From Octopus vulgaris (taxonomy: Eukaryota), in NCBI GenBank assembly GCA_951406725.2, contig OX597830.1, forward strand, positions 23,622,001 to 23,686,000: a DNA stretch of 64,000 nt. The letters run 5' to 3'. Both the position numbers and the translations under genes were made by a program. How positions within the stretch are numbered: position 1 is the first letter of the stretch; the number at the start of each line of letters is the position of its first letter. Shown one piece after another: positions 1 through 13,106 of the stretch. The notes below the pieces were generated by a model. That model was not told the origin of the DNA. It saw only the letters and a list, made by a program, of their open reading frames with translations, and made no database searches.

Positions 1-301
1 CTTTCCAGTTCAGTAAAAAGGTGCCAATGCAGCATTGCGAACTGGGGGAATTGGCAGAAGCGTTTACACTCATGCTCGAAGCTATTAGTTCGGACTCTAT
101 TCGTTCTGAGTTCAAATATTGCCGAGGTCGGCGTTGCCTTTTATCCTTTAGTGAACAATAAATATTTACCAATCGATCCAGAGCAGTGGCATGATGAAAC
201 TGACCCTTCCCTCCACGCAATCAAAGAGAAAGAAAAGAGAAAAGAAGAGAAAACAGAAAAGAAACAAAACGTTGAACCAGTTTCAAATATTTTCTCATCT
301 G

Positions 302-1110
302 AGGCGGCGAGGTGGAGAATCGTTAGCACGCCAAGAGAAATGCTTAGCGGTATTTCGTCTGCCGTTATGTTCTGAGTTCAAATTCCGCCGGGGTTGACTT
401 TGCCTTTCATCCTTTCGGGGTCGATAAATTAAGTACCAGTTACGCACTGGAGTCGATATAATCGACTTAATCCGTTTGTCTGTCCTTGTTTGCCCTCTCT
501 GTGTTTAGCCCCTTGTGGGTAGTAAAGAAATAGGTATTTCGTCTATCTTTTAAAGGCGGCGAGCTGGCAGAATCGTTAGCACGCCGGGCGAAATGCTTAG
601 CGGTATTTGGTCTGCCGTTATGTTCTGAGCTCAAATTCCGCCGGGGTCAACTTGGCCTTTCATCCTTTTGGGGTCGATAAATAAAGTACCAGTTACGTAC
701 TGGGGTCGATATAATCGACTTAATACCTATGTCTGTCCTTGTTTGTCCCCTCTATATTTAGCCCCTTGTGGGTAATAAAGAAATAGCAAATTCCGCCGAG
801 GTCGACTTTGCCTTTCATCCTTTCGGGGTCGATAAATTAAGTACCAGTTACGCACTTGGGTCGATATAATCGACTTAGTCCGTATGTCTGTCCTTTTTTT
901 CTCCTCTGTGTTTAGCCCCTTGTGGGTAGTAAAGAAATAGGTGTTTCGTCTGCCGTTACGTTCTGAGTTCAAATTACGCCGAGGTCGTCTTTGCCTTTCA
1001 TCCTTTCGGGGTCGATGAATTAAGTACCAGTTGCGTACTGTGTCGATCTAATCGACTGCCCCCTCCGTCACAATTTCAGGCCTTGTGCTTAATATAGAAA
1101 GGATTATTTG
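302..1110 (+). mobile_element. Multimeric array of tRNA-headed SINE family M (GGCGGCGAGCTGGCAGAA head), about 4 units
   Basis: Repeated head with B-box-like GAGTTCAAATTCC, body GCCGAGGTCGACTTTGCCTTTCATCCTTTCGGGGTCGATAAATTAAGTACCAG (recalled as Meta-domain-like) and tail ...TTTAGCCCCTTGTGGGTAGTAAAGAAATA. The last unit has an alternative tail. Confidence 0.9.
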
Positions 1111-1545
1111 TTTCATCTTCCTCAGTTCGGAGTTCAAAGGCTGCGTACGTCAATGTCCCTTTTTAGCCTTTCGGGTTCCCTAAAATACCCACCAATCGAA
1201 GGCAATGGAATGATGGAACTTGTTTTTGTTTTGGCCCTTGCATTCTGAGCTCACATCTTTCTGTGGCTTATTTGACCCAGTTTAGCACCAAGATCTAGAA
1301 CTTTGGAGTACACTATGTTGCAATCCTCCAGACCAGTCTTCCGGTTTCTGTATGCCGTATAATAGTTTTTGCTGTGCTTAGCGTATGACTGATATATCTA
1401 TGTACATGTATATGTGTGTATGTGCATACATGCACATTCAGACACTAATCGCACCATATACATACGTTTATACATGCGTACGTACATACACACATATAAA
1501 TACAGCCATCTATGCTTCATATTTTATACGATGTGTATATATACA

Positions 1546-1652
<107 letters not shown>

Positions 1653-1662
1653 CACAATTATA

Positions 1663-2063
1663 GGCGTAGGAGTGGCTGTGTGGTAAGTAGCTTGTTTACG
1701 AACCACATGGTTCCGGATCAAGTACCACTGCGTGGCACTTTGGGTAAGTGTCTTCTCATATAGCCTCGGGCCTTGTGAGTAGATTTGGTAGACGGAAACT
1801 GAAAGAAGCCCGTCGTACATATATATATATATATATATGTGTGTGTATGTGTGTTTGTGTGACTGTGTTTGACCCCCAAACATAGTTTGATACCTAATGC
1901 TGGTGTGTTTACGTCCCCGTAACTTAGCAGTTCGGCAAAAGAGTCCGATAGAATAAGTACTAGGCTTACAAAGAATAAGTCCTGGGGTCAATTTGCTCAA
2001 CTAAAGGCCGTGCTTCAGTATGGCGACAGTCAAATGACTGAAGCAAGTAAAAGAGCGAAAGAG
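1663..2063 (+). mobile_element. SINE family B (GGCGCAGGAGTGGCTGTGTGG head, internal TA/TG microsatellite, GTAAAAGA tail)
   Basis: Near-identical copies at 7202, 9624 and 12381(-); tRNA-like A/B boxes. Confidence 0.88.
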
Positions 2064-2339
2064 CATACAATGTATATACACCACTGATAGGCCAATTACT
2101 GCGATCTTTGTTCTGAGTTAACATATTTTACGGACGGATTGTGTTAGAAATTCAATAAGTTGCATAGCACGTCCATAGCACGTGTTGTTATCTCAGGAGG
2201 AGTACAGCCGTTACTGGCCTTCTAACGGTGTTTATCCATTAAAAATGATATATAGATGGATATTTTAACTTTATACTACCCCGCACCGTTGTGTATATCG
2301 GATATATATACGTATATGTATGTCTCTTCTATTTCCTAA

Positions 2340-3096
2340 TTATTATAAATCTTCCACTGAGGAGGGAGCCAGTATCCAACAAAGATACAAGGCTCCATCA
2401 TTGGGATGTAGTTAACACAGACAAATTCACATTTGGAACTTTAGAAAAGTCTTGCATATTTTTACTGTTCCACTCACAGATTGGACTTGTAATGTACGAA
2501 TCAGTCTGAAAATTCTGAAAATTCCAGTTTATCCAGATTCTCCTTTAAGCATTTACTAACAAAACCTAGTGCTCCAATTATTATTGGTATGAATATGAAT
2601 TGATAGTCTGGATACAGAAGCTGGAGGCTTCGAAGCAGTTGTCCATAGATATCTTCTTTTTCTTTGATTTTCGAAGAGATATTTATATCTACAGGTAAGC
2701 TGAGCTCTATGGCGGTACATACCTTTGCCCCTCTGTCTCAAGCAACAATATCCGGCCTGTTATGTTTGCATTTGACAGAGGTTTTGATGGGAATATCCCA
2801 TCAGTATTCCTTTAGTTGGTTTTTATGTATGTATTCTATAACAAAGGGATTTTCTAAGTTTATTTCAGAACAGACTTTTTGCGGATGGTATTGTAAATTG
2901 TTTTAGCAACAACAACGTGCCGCATAGGGAGGTAGTATCGTGACGACATTTTAAGACAGCTGCTAATCACATGCGTGATGTTTTCCACTGAAATATGACA
3001 TAGTTGCACCTTGGGATTACAAGAGCGTCACTGTCTCTCTTGCTCACCAGGTACTTTGTGGCCATCTCCCGTTCCTGAATTGTAAACGCATAGCCT
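2340..3096 (-). mobile_element. R4/Dong-clade non-LTR retrotransposon 3' fragment (zinc knuckle plus restriction-like endonuclease), disrupted
   Basis: Minus-strand translation gives ENITHVISSCLKMSSRYYLPMRH, WDIPIKTSVKCKHNRPDIV, IELSLP, IPIIIGALG and LQVQSVSGTVKICKTFL, with stops and frameshifts. Confidence 0.8.
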
Positions 3097-3192
3097 TCAA
3101 AATGTGATGTATGTATGTATATATGTATGTGTGTGTATGTGCATTATGTATGAATGAATGTATGTTTGTATTGATGTATTTATGTAGGTAGG

Positions 3193-3238
<46 letters not shown>

Positions 3239-4599
3239 TCTGTCATATATATATATATATATAATACAAAATGAGACAAGAACGGGGACAACAAAACATC
3301 CAGATAGACGAAAGAAAAAAACTAGGACGGGTCATTCGAAGTTTTTTCCTCAGTCAAGTACTAGATTATCTTCGCAATTTCAGCAGATTATACTTGAGAT
3401 TGCTCCAATCTGGTCAGCCCCAGGAAAAAAAACTAAGCTAAGAGCGTTAGATTCCTTGGAAGAAAGCAGCGAATGTATACAAAAACAAGGACGGAAAAAA
3501 ACGGGCAATGTTACACAAATACAATTAAAATAATAACAGGTCATAACAACAGGTGTCTTTCGACTACAGACGAATTAAATTAAGCTGGCGTGTGTGGAAA
3601 TGAAGCCTTACAGCAGGGATACAAGATTTCACAAACACAGGGAGGAATACGCTCTCACACATATATATGCTTGTGTGTGTGTGTATAAATGTTTGTAAGT
3701 GTGTTGAGCTAATAAGCATATTTACATTTTGAAGTACGTCTTAGGGGATTATGATGATGCCATTTTTTGCATAAAAGATTCCTCGAAGGCCTGGAACAGA
3801 GATTCTCGACGTCTAATGCCCATCACCTGTGACGTAATTAATTAATAAGGTATCACTGTACGCTGTTTCCTTTTCACTTTGGCTAATTCAATAGCAACCT
3901 ATTTTTATCGCAACGATATAAAGGCAAAAAGACATTTTCTTGATTTTTATGTCCGCAAATAATTAATATTTAACGAATATTTATTATACTACGATTGTTG
4001 GATTAAGGCAAGGAACAATAAGACAAGCAATTAAAAAGAGCACAGCTGGTGCTGTTAATAATTATAATGTCTTTGCCAAATTTCGGCAACCCAACGTTTG
4101 GACGCTTGTTAGACACACTCTCACTCACGCACCATGTTACCAGGTGTCAGTTTTGCGTTATCTTTGAGTTTTGTATTGTTAAGAACAAAAAACTATGTTC
4201 GTGGAATCAGGAATTTGAGAACTGGAGAAAAGCGAAGCTTGCTTTTAATAATAAATATGGCTACTCATCTTTGATGAAGATCCAACGAGTTGTGTGAGCC
4301 TCCATAAATATTTGAGCCTTGTTTTTGGCTTTTGTATTTGTTAAAAGACTAGAATCCGTGCTCAGAAATACAGAAATGTGAGAACTACAACAAAACAAGG
4401 ATTATTTTCGAAGGATATTTCTTTTCGAGAAAGATCCACGAGCTCTCGAGTGATGCCTGTTTAAATCTTTATGCTTTCTTTTAACTTTTGTATTTCTTAA
4501 GGATGAGAAACCATATTCACGAAGCTAGGAATGTGAGAACAATAGTTAAACGAAGAATGTTTAGCATGTAAGTTTAGGTATTTATTTATATTTTTATGA

Positions 4600-4890
4600 A
4601 GATCCACAAGCTGTCAAAGAAGACAATATTTATATTTCATCACATGATTGCGATCATTTTACAAATCGCAAATTCTTTTTGTTTTTCAAGTTCGAAATCT
4701 TTCAGGTCCGTGTTTTCTAAGAAAGGTTTTCATTTCCAGGGGTACTTATTGGTGTCCAAATCCGGAAAGTACTGCTCCAATGTAGAACAGTCTTTACAAG
4801 GGAATTTTCATAAACTCCAGTATAACAGGATTAGGATTAACTTCCTCTGCAAGTAATGAAAACATGCCAATTATTTCCCTTCCGAAATCA
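4600..4890 (-). mobile_element. hAT (Charlie/Buster-like) transposase C-terminal remnant
   Basis: Minus strand reads LEQYFPDLDTNKYPWK*KPFLENTDLKDFELEKQKEF, resembling the YFP...WIRNPF motif of Buster/ZBED-type transposases. Confidence 0.5.
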
Positions 4891-4947
4891 TAAAATACTC
4901 TACAGGGTCTTATAAATGAAATAGTCCACTCTCTCGTAGTCCTCTCA

Positions 4948-5033
<86 letters not shown>
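4948..5033. repeat. (TATC)n microsatellite
   Basis: Perfect tetranucleotide run. Confidence 0.95.
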
Positions 5034-5034
<1 letters not shown>

Positions 5035-5287
5035 CCCTCTCTTTCTCTATTTTTCTTTCTTTCTCTCCACCTCTGTCCTCTCTTCATTGGTCACTGCTTC
5101 AATTACCAAAGGTTGAAACTTCATTACCGAGTTTACCTGGATAGGAAACATTACGAAATATTCAAATGCTTTGTTTTAATCTTTAAAACCGTTCTCCCAT
5201 AAAAAAGACAAATATTTGTATAAGGTAATATATATGTATTTGTATACATAAGATAAATTTTTTTGCTCTCGCATTGTTATCACACCC

Positions 5288-5328
<41 letters not shown>

Positions 5329-5329
<1 letters not shown>

Positions 5330-5564
5330 ACCATGTTCTTAATGATGAAATTAACCTCTTTGTCTATATATCTACCCTCTTTGTAATGTTGGCAAATGAA
5401 TTAAGTATAAAAATATGCATTGTCCGTTTAATAAAAAAATTCTATATGTGACTGAAGATTGCTCGACATTTTAAAACTGATGTAATACTTACAGTGTTTA
5501 ATAAAATGAAGTAGCATGAAACGATTGTACTACACTACCTTGGATATCCTTGTTGCTTATTTTG
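5329..5564 (+). mobile_element. (TA)n-flanked non-coding element with hammerhead-like core and long stem II (family A, copy 1)
   Basis: CTGAAGA at 5452-5458, GAAA at 5518-5521 and GTA at 5527-5529; second copy at 23194-23429. Confidence 0.65.
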
Positions 5565-5619
<55 letters not shown>

Positions 5620-5770
5620 TATAGGTATATGTATATATATGTCTGTATATATGTATATATGTATAGATATATATGTACTGTTGTGTCTGGGGAGAGTCAT
5701 TTTCTTTTTGTGACTTATAATTTAACACACGAACTCACATAAAGAATCGTGCAAACCAAATCCCAAATCG

Positions 5771-5821
<51 letters not shown>

Positions 5822-6032
5822 CATAATTACAAAAGATAAGGAATTCCTATTTTATTTTATGTAATTTTCTGTGCGTATACCATACCATGAGGTTATCCTG
5901 AAATAGGAGTCGCTTATCTATTGGTAAATACCCCAAATTTGTAATAATAATATTATAAAATATACTTTTTACATTTCTTGAGAAAAGTGTAAAACAGTAA
6001 ACTTCCTGATAACCTGGAATATTTGTTATTCC

Positions 6033-6104
<72 letters not shown>

Positions 6105-6623
6105 CATATGGATGGATGGAATAATAGATGGAAGTACGGATGTGTGTATGCATGTGTATGTGTATGCAAGTTAAGCCGGTTCTATATTTCGAAATGAAGA
6201 CATTGTGTACAGAGTCAAAAATAAAACTTGTTGATTCGAAACGGCGAAGGAATCACATTCAAAAATTATTTTCTATTTAATCTGCAGACGTTATAGTATT
6301 GGTGTCTTTTTTCTTCGTACATACGTACGTACATGCATTCATACATACGTTTGTAGATACATACGTACATACTGATTCATCACACACACACACACACACA
6401 CACATACACACACTTAAACGTATATATAGATGTATATATATATATCTGTATATGCGTATATATGTTTAAGCTGGGTGTGTGTGTGCATACAGACACACAC
6501 ATTTACACGCACACAGACACATATATATATATATTTACATATGTTTATGTATATTTATACATGTTCATATATATATGTATATATATATATAAATACACAC
6601 CCAGACACACACACACATATATG

Positions 6624-6657
<34 letters not shown>

Positions 6658-6710
6658 TTATATATATACACATATATGTATATATGTATATATATATACA
6701 CATATATGTA

Positions 6711-6763
<53 letters not shown>

Positions 6764-6768
<5 letters not shown>

Positions 6769-6975
6769 TAATCCAAACATGAAAACACAAAGAGAAAACA
6801 CAACAACGCGAGGACGTGGAACAAGTATAGTATTATTGGACGCTCAGGAAAGAAGGGAAGAAGGAGGGTTTAACGTTTCGACCTGAGTTCTTCGTCAGAA
6901 ACATAGGAAAAGGATCGATCCAAAAAAGGGAAGACGGAGGAAAAAAATCACCAACGGTACACACGCCGTCACATG
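6764..6975 (-). mobile_element. (TA)n-adjacent small element with minimal hammerhead-like core
   Basis: Minus strand 6871-6898 reads CTGACGA-A-GAACTCAGGTC-GAAA-CGTTA; related to 12868-13067. Confidence 0.55.
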
Positions 6976-7201
6976 AATATTATCTATCTGTCTGTCTATC
7001 AGTGAATCAGTATGTCTGTCTATCCGTCCGTCCATCCGTCTGTCTGTTCGTCTGACTGTCTGTCTATATATACAAGTATATATGAATATATATATATACA
7101 AATATATATGAATATATTCAGAAATATATGAATATATGTATATTAATGATATATATATATGTATTATGTATATATGTATTTTATCTATATTTATATATAC
7201 A

Positions 7202-7600
7202 GGCGCAGGAGTGGCTGTGTGGTACGTAGCTTGCTAACCAACCACATGGTTCCGAGTTCAGCCCCACTGTGTCGCACCTTGGGCAAGTGTCTTCTGCTAT
7301 AGCCTCGGGCTGACCAATGCCCTGTGAGTGGATTTGGTAGACGGAAACTGAAAGAAGCCTGTCGTATATATGTATATATATGTATATATGTGTGTGTCTG
7401 TGTTTGTCCCCCTAGCATTGCTTGACAACCGATGCTGTTGTGTTTACGTCCCCGGTCACTTAGCGGTTCGGCAAAAGTGACCGATAGAATAAGTACTAGG
7501 CTTACAAAGAATAAGTCCCGTGGTCGATTTGCTCGACTAATGGCGGTGCTCCAGCATGGCCGCAGTCAAATAACTGAAACAAGTAAAAAAGTAAAAGAGT
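7202..7600 (+). mobile_element. SINE family B, full length
   Basis: Same head, body and GTAAAAGAG tail as the other copies. Confidence 0.9.
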
Positions 7601-7619
7601 ATGTATAAGTATATACATG

Positions 7620-7980
<361 letters not shown>

Positions 7981-8432
7981 AGACATACATCAGCGTTTTT
8001 ACATTATGTCTAGACAGATTTTGATACGGTGGTTTTATCTGCTTATTTTGATAATAACCACATTATCAATTTTCATCAATAGTTTTTTTTCTTTTCACAT
8101 GTTATTCATCTCATTAAAACATGTTCAGAATTAGCTTAATATGGAAATTTCTTTGGCTTTTAAATGTTTTTTTTTTTTTTTTTACTGTACTGTTTTATTT
8201 TTTACTGTTTTTATCGTATTTTTTTTTTTTTTTTTTGTATCTAGAATTTATTCGGTCAGAAATAGCGTAGGATTCTATATATGTGTTTTTCGACCTGCTA
8301 GAAATAGCAACCCATTCGCTCACAAATGAAAACCTGCTGTATAGAAGATGGAAGGATGCAGTGAAAAAAAAATATACCTAAAATACCCCAAAGAAACAAA
8401 CAAAAGAAAAAACAAAAAAACCAAGGCAGCCC

Positions 8433-9130
8433 CAGGCGTCGCTGTGTGATAAGAAAATTGCTTACCAACAACTTGGTTCCGGGTTCAGTAGTGATGCGCG
8501 GCACCTTGGCCAAGTGTCTTCTACTATCCTCGGACCGACCAAAGCCTTGTGAGTGGATCTGGTACATGGGAAGTGAAAGAAGTCCGTCATGTGTTTGTAT
8601 GTATGTATGTATGTATGTATGTATGTATGTATGTATGTATGTATGTACGTATGTATTATGTATGTATGTATGTATGTATGTGTGTATGTATGTAAGTATG
8701 TATATATGTATGTATCTATGTATGTATGAATGTATGTATGTGTGTAAGTATGTATGTACGAATGTATGAAAGTATATGTATGTAAGTATGTATATATGTA
8801 TGTATTTATGTATGTACGTATGTATGTACGTATGTATGTATGTATGTATTTATGTATGTATGTATGTATGTATGCATGTATGTATGTATGTATGTATAGC
8901 TATGTGTAATTTTTTTGTCTATGTATGTTCCCACCACAGCTTGACAACCGGTGTTCGTGCGTTTGCGTCCCTGTAACTTAGCGGTCCAGCACAACAGACC
9001 GACTGAATAAGTATCAGGTTCCAGAAAAAGAACTGAGTATTGGGGTCGATATGTTTGTCTAAAATGTTCTTGAAGGTGGTGCTCCAGCATGGCCGCAGTC
9101 TAATGGCTGAAACCAGTATGAAATAAAATA
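8433..9130 (+). mobile_element. Older SINE family B copy with expanded internal (TATG)n
   Basis: Head at about 8433 and 3' part at 8915-9125, separated by about 300 bp of TATG. Confidence 0.8.
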
Positions 9131-9623
9131 AAACATAAAAGATTTTGCGACATGGCTATAGCATAGGTCTGCTCAGGAGCTTAAACGATAAGCATAACAA
9201 CAATAACAGTGATGACGGTTGTAATGACAGTAGTGATGACAATGACAGCTTGACGTCGACGACAACCACGATGACGACTGCAGCAACACGTATAGAGAAG
9301 ACATTGTTTAAGAAAATTTTTATCTTACGTCTTTGGTCAGTAAGTGTAATTTCCTATTTGCTTCTATCTAGAAATCAATGGATATGGCTACTATTCCATT
9401 TGAATTTTGCTTTTGTGACTTGGACATCAATGTTTTGAAACTGACTAATTTTCCATTACATCTCAGATAGATTCAACGCTGAGTTGCAGAAGCAGAAATA
9501 TCATTATAGCAAATATTTTGCTCAATATCACAGATCTGTTTGCCAGTTGCTTGATCTTAACCGCTTGAGCATGTCCCTTAGTGGTTGACAATATGTGCAT
9601 CTCTGATAATAAGCATGATAATA

Positions 9624-9993
9624 GGCGCAGGAGTGGCTGTGTGGTAAGTAGCTTGCTAACCAACCACATTGTTCCGGGTTCAGTCCCACTGCGTGGCATC
9701 TTGGGCAAGTGTCTTCTGCTATAGCCCCGGGCCGACCAATGCCTTGTGAGTGGATTTGGTAGAAGCCTGTCGTATATATATATGTGTGTGTGTTTGTGTG
9801 TCTGTGATTGTCCCCCTAGCATTGCTTGACAACTGATCCTGGTGTGTTTACGTTCCCCGTAACTTAGCGGTTCGGCAAAAGACCGATAGAATAAGTACTG
9901 GGCTTACAAAGAATAAGTCCCGGGTCGATTTGCTCGACTAAAGGCGGTGCTCCAGCATGGCCACAGTCACATGACTGAAACAAGTAAAAGAGT
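9624..9993 (+). mobile_element. SINE family B
   Basis: Matches the 7202 copy apart from a small internal deletion. Confidence 0.9.
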
Positions 9994-10684
9994 ATGTCTT
10001 AAGAGAGATTCTTTGTGGTTTGAATAAATCTAACAAAGGCAAATTTTGAAGAAAATAGTTTTAAATACTTTCTAAGGATAAACAGATAGGAAATAACGGT
10101 TTCTACTCACGGACAAAGATCGTGTTACAATGTGTTATCATAAATAAATTTAGATTTGAAGTGAGATGAAACAAAACCATGTTTCAATCCAGTGGTTATT
10201 ATAGGTATCGGGAACAACTATGAGGATCAGAAGGCGCGAAGTCAGCATGTTTAATAATGGTTGTGGCACAAGACTAGCAATTTTTAGGGAGATGGGAATT
10301 TCGATATCGCCGAACTCAGTTTTTTTTAGAACAGAACTGTTTTATGGATCACAGAGGCATGAAAGGCAAAACACAACCGCCCAGATACTGTTATGTGAGA
10401 CCACAAGAGAAAACAAAACATTCTCGGTTGTGAAAACCAGCTGATCTTTGGACACTAATCTAGTCAGGAAAATACAGGGGAAAGAGAACATTTATGGACC
10501 ATTGGTAAAGAGTTTACTAATCTGGTACTCGAGATACATTTTCTATTTCATACCTATTACTATTACAACAAGAAGGATAGGCGCCACTTCATTTGGAGTA
10601 AAGCACGGTAAAGTCATAAGACCGGGGATTCAATTCCTTGAAGCAATGGATCGTTGTGTGTCTATCCTTGAGCAAGGCACGCGA

Positions 10685-12085
10685 TTTTTCAGTTGTAAGT
10701 TTCCTGAAGAACCTCTGCACCGGAGCTATTTGGTTGGGAACCAAACTTCTTACCACACAGTAGCGCCTGCGCCTACACATGCACACACACACACACACAC
10801 ACATGCACACACGCACACACATGCACACACACACACATGCACACACGCACACACACGCACACACACGCACACACTCACACACACACACACACGCACACAC
10901 ACGCACACACACGCACATACACGCACACACACACACTCACACACACACACGCGCACGCACACACACGCGCACACACGCACACACAGACGTACACACGCAC
11001 ATACACTTACACATGGACACATATCAGGAAAAATTCTTCGTAAAGTCGCAGCGTTTTAGGCAGACAACAAAAGTACTATGTGTTATATGAAGATCTTAAA
11101 AGTTTGTTATATATTTCCGTATATGCACATTATTTGAATAAATAAAAAAGAAAATTTTCGAATTGAAAATTATTAATTATATAAGTCTTTAGAAAGAATT
11201 TTTTAAAGACTAGATTAATGTAGATTTAAAGATGTTTTTATAATTAAAATGTAAAAAGCTTTTATGTAATTTATCATTGATGATTTAAAACATTTTTTTT
11301 TTAATATTGTAACGTTGCGACTTCACGAAGAAGTTTTTTCTGATATGTGTACATGTGTGTGTGTGGAGGCGCAATGGCCCAGTGGTTAGGGCAGCGAACT
11401 CGCGGTCGTAGGATCGCGGTTTCGATTCCCAGACCGGGCGTTGTGAGTGTTTATTGAGCGAAAACAGCTAAAGCTCCACGACGCTCCGGCAGGGGGTGGT
11501 GGTGATCCCTGCTGTACTCTTTCGCCACAACTTTCTCTCACTCTTACTTCCTGTTTCTGTTGTACCTGTATTTCAAAGGGCCGGCCTTGTCTCTCTCTGT
11601 GTCACGCTGAATATCCCCGAGAACTACGTTAAGGGTACACGTGTCTGTGGAGTGCTCAGCCACTTAAACGTTAATTTCACGAGCAGGCTGTTCCGTTGAT
11701 TCGGATCAACCGGAACTCTCGTCGTCGTAACCGACGGAGTGCTTCCACATGTGTATGTGTGTGCGTGTGTATGTGTATGTGCGTGTGTATGTGTATGCGT
11801 ATGTATGTTCGCGTGTGTGTGTGTATGTGTGTGTAGGCGCAGGCGCTGCTGTGTGGTAAGAAATCTTTTATCATCACTCATTAATATCATCCTGTTCATC
11901 ATTCATCTCATCTCATTAATGTTTTTGTCCAGCCCGCAGATTTTCCATCTGTGTACGGCTTTCATAGCCATTTTAATGAAATAAGGAAGTTTGGTTCCCA
12001 ATCAAATAGCTCCGGACTCAGTCCCACTTCGGTGGAGATTCGCCTGTCGGCGCAGAGGTTCTTCAGGAAACTTACGACTGAAAAA
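10685..12085. repeat. Large interrupted inverted duplication (foldback)
   Basis: 10685-11056 is the reverse complement of 11311-12085 once insertions in the right arm are removed. Confidence 0.75.
11364..11745 (+). mobile_element. SINE family C (GTGGAGGCGCAATGGCCCAGTGG head) with a family D-type tail
   Basis: Head matches 24634 and 29381(-); tail TGTATTTCAAAGGG...CGTAACCGACGGAG matches 43027-43345. Confidence 0.85.
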
Positions 12086-12380
12086 TTATCGGAAATCATA
12101 CTCACACACACACAAACACCTATGGTTCGATTCCTGCTTCGGGTTTAATCGTAATAAAGGAATTCCTTTTGTGTCTCATCCCTTCCTGTTATTTCATCTC
12201 CCTCCACGTTCACACTCCAAGACAGGAATCCCTAAAATATATGTGTAAATTCCATCATTTCTTGTATCGTGACTTACCTGAACATCTTGAGTATCTACAC
12301 ACTAAACTAGTTTTCACCATGGTATCGATTACACGTTATTCCAACAGCCAACACTAACCTATGAATATATATATACATAT

Positions 12381-12766
12381 ACTCTTTTACTCTTTTACTT
12401 GTTTCAGTCATTTGACTGCGGCCATGCTGGAGCACCGCCTTTAGTCGAGCAACTCGACACCGGGACTTATTCTTTGTAAGCCCAGTACTTATTCTATCGG
12501 TCTCTTTGCCGAAACGCTAAATGACGGGGACATAAACACAGCCGCATCGGTTGTCAAGCAATGCTAGGGAGACAAACACAGACACACAAACACGCATGCA
12601 CACACATATATATATATACATATATACGACGGGCTTCTTTCAGTTTCCGTCTACCAAATCCACTCACAAGGCTTTGGCTGGCCCGATGCTATAGTAGAAG
12701 ACACTTGCCCAAGGTGCCACACAGTGGGACTGAACCCGGAACCATGTGGTTGGTAAGCAAGCTACT

Positions 12767-12767
<1 letters not shown>
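12381..12767 (-). mobile_element. SINE family B
   Basis: Reverse complement of the 7202 copy, lacking the extreme 5' end. Confidence 0.9.
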
Positions 12768-12854
<87 letters not shown>

Positions 12855-12867
12855 TATATATATATAT

Positions 12868-13067
12868 ACAGGGAGAGTTTACGAAAAAAACAAAAGATGA
12901 AGACAGGTGGTGTACAAAATAAACAGTTGTATTAGTATAACGCCCAGGAATAGAAAAAGTGTTTTACGTTTCGAGCCTACGCTCTTCTACAGAAAGGGAC
13001 ACAGAAATAACAAGGAGAGAAACAAAGAGAGAAAAAAAGTGTGTAGTGGCTAACGATCTATCATGGC
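12868..13067 (-). mobile_element. (TA)n-flanked small element with variant hammerhead core
   Basis: Minus strand 12965-12992 reads CTGTAGA-A-GAGC-GTAG-GCTC-GAAA-CGTA. Confidence 0.55.

Positions 13068-13106
<39 letters not shown>

Noticed and set aside
4049-4297. CQFC...FENWRKA resembling a hAT/ZMYM1 zinc-finger region
   Set aside because: Only a few residues match and no continuation could be confirmed.
10150-10500. Possible Mutator-like transposase C-terminus (MFNNG...EMGI)
   Set aside because: Too short and degenerate to support without a profile search.
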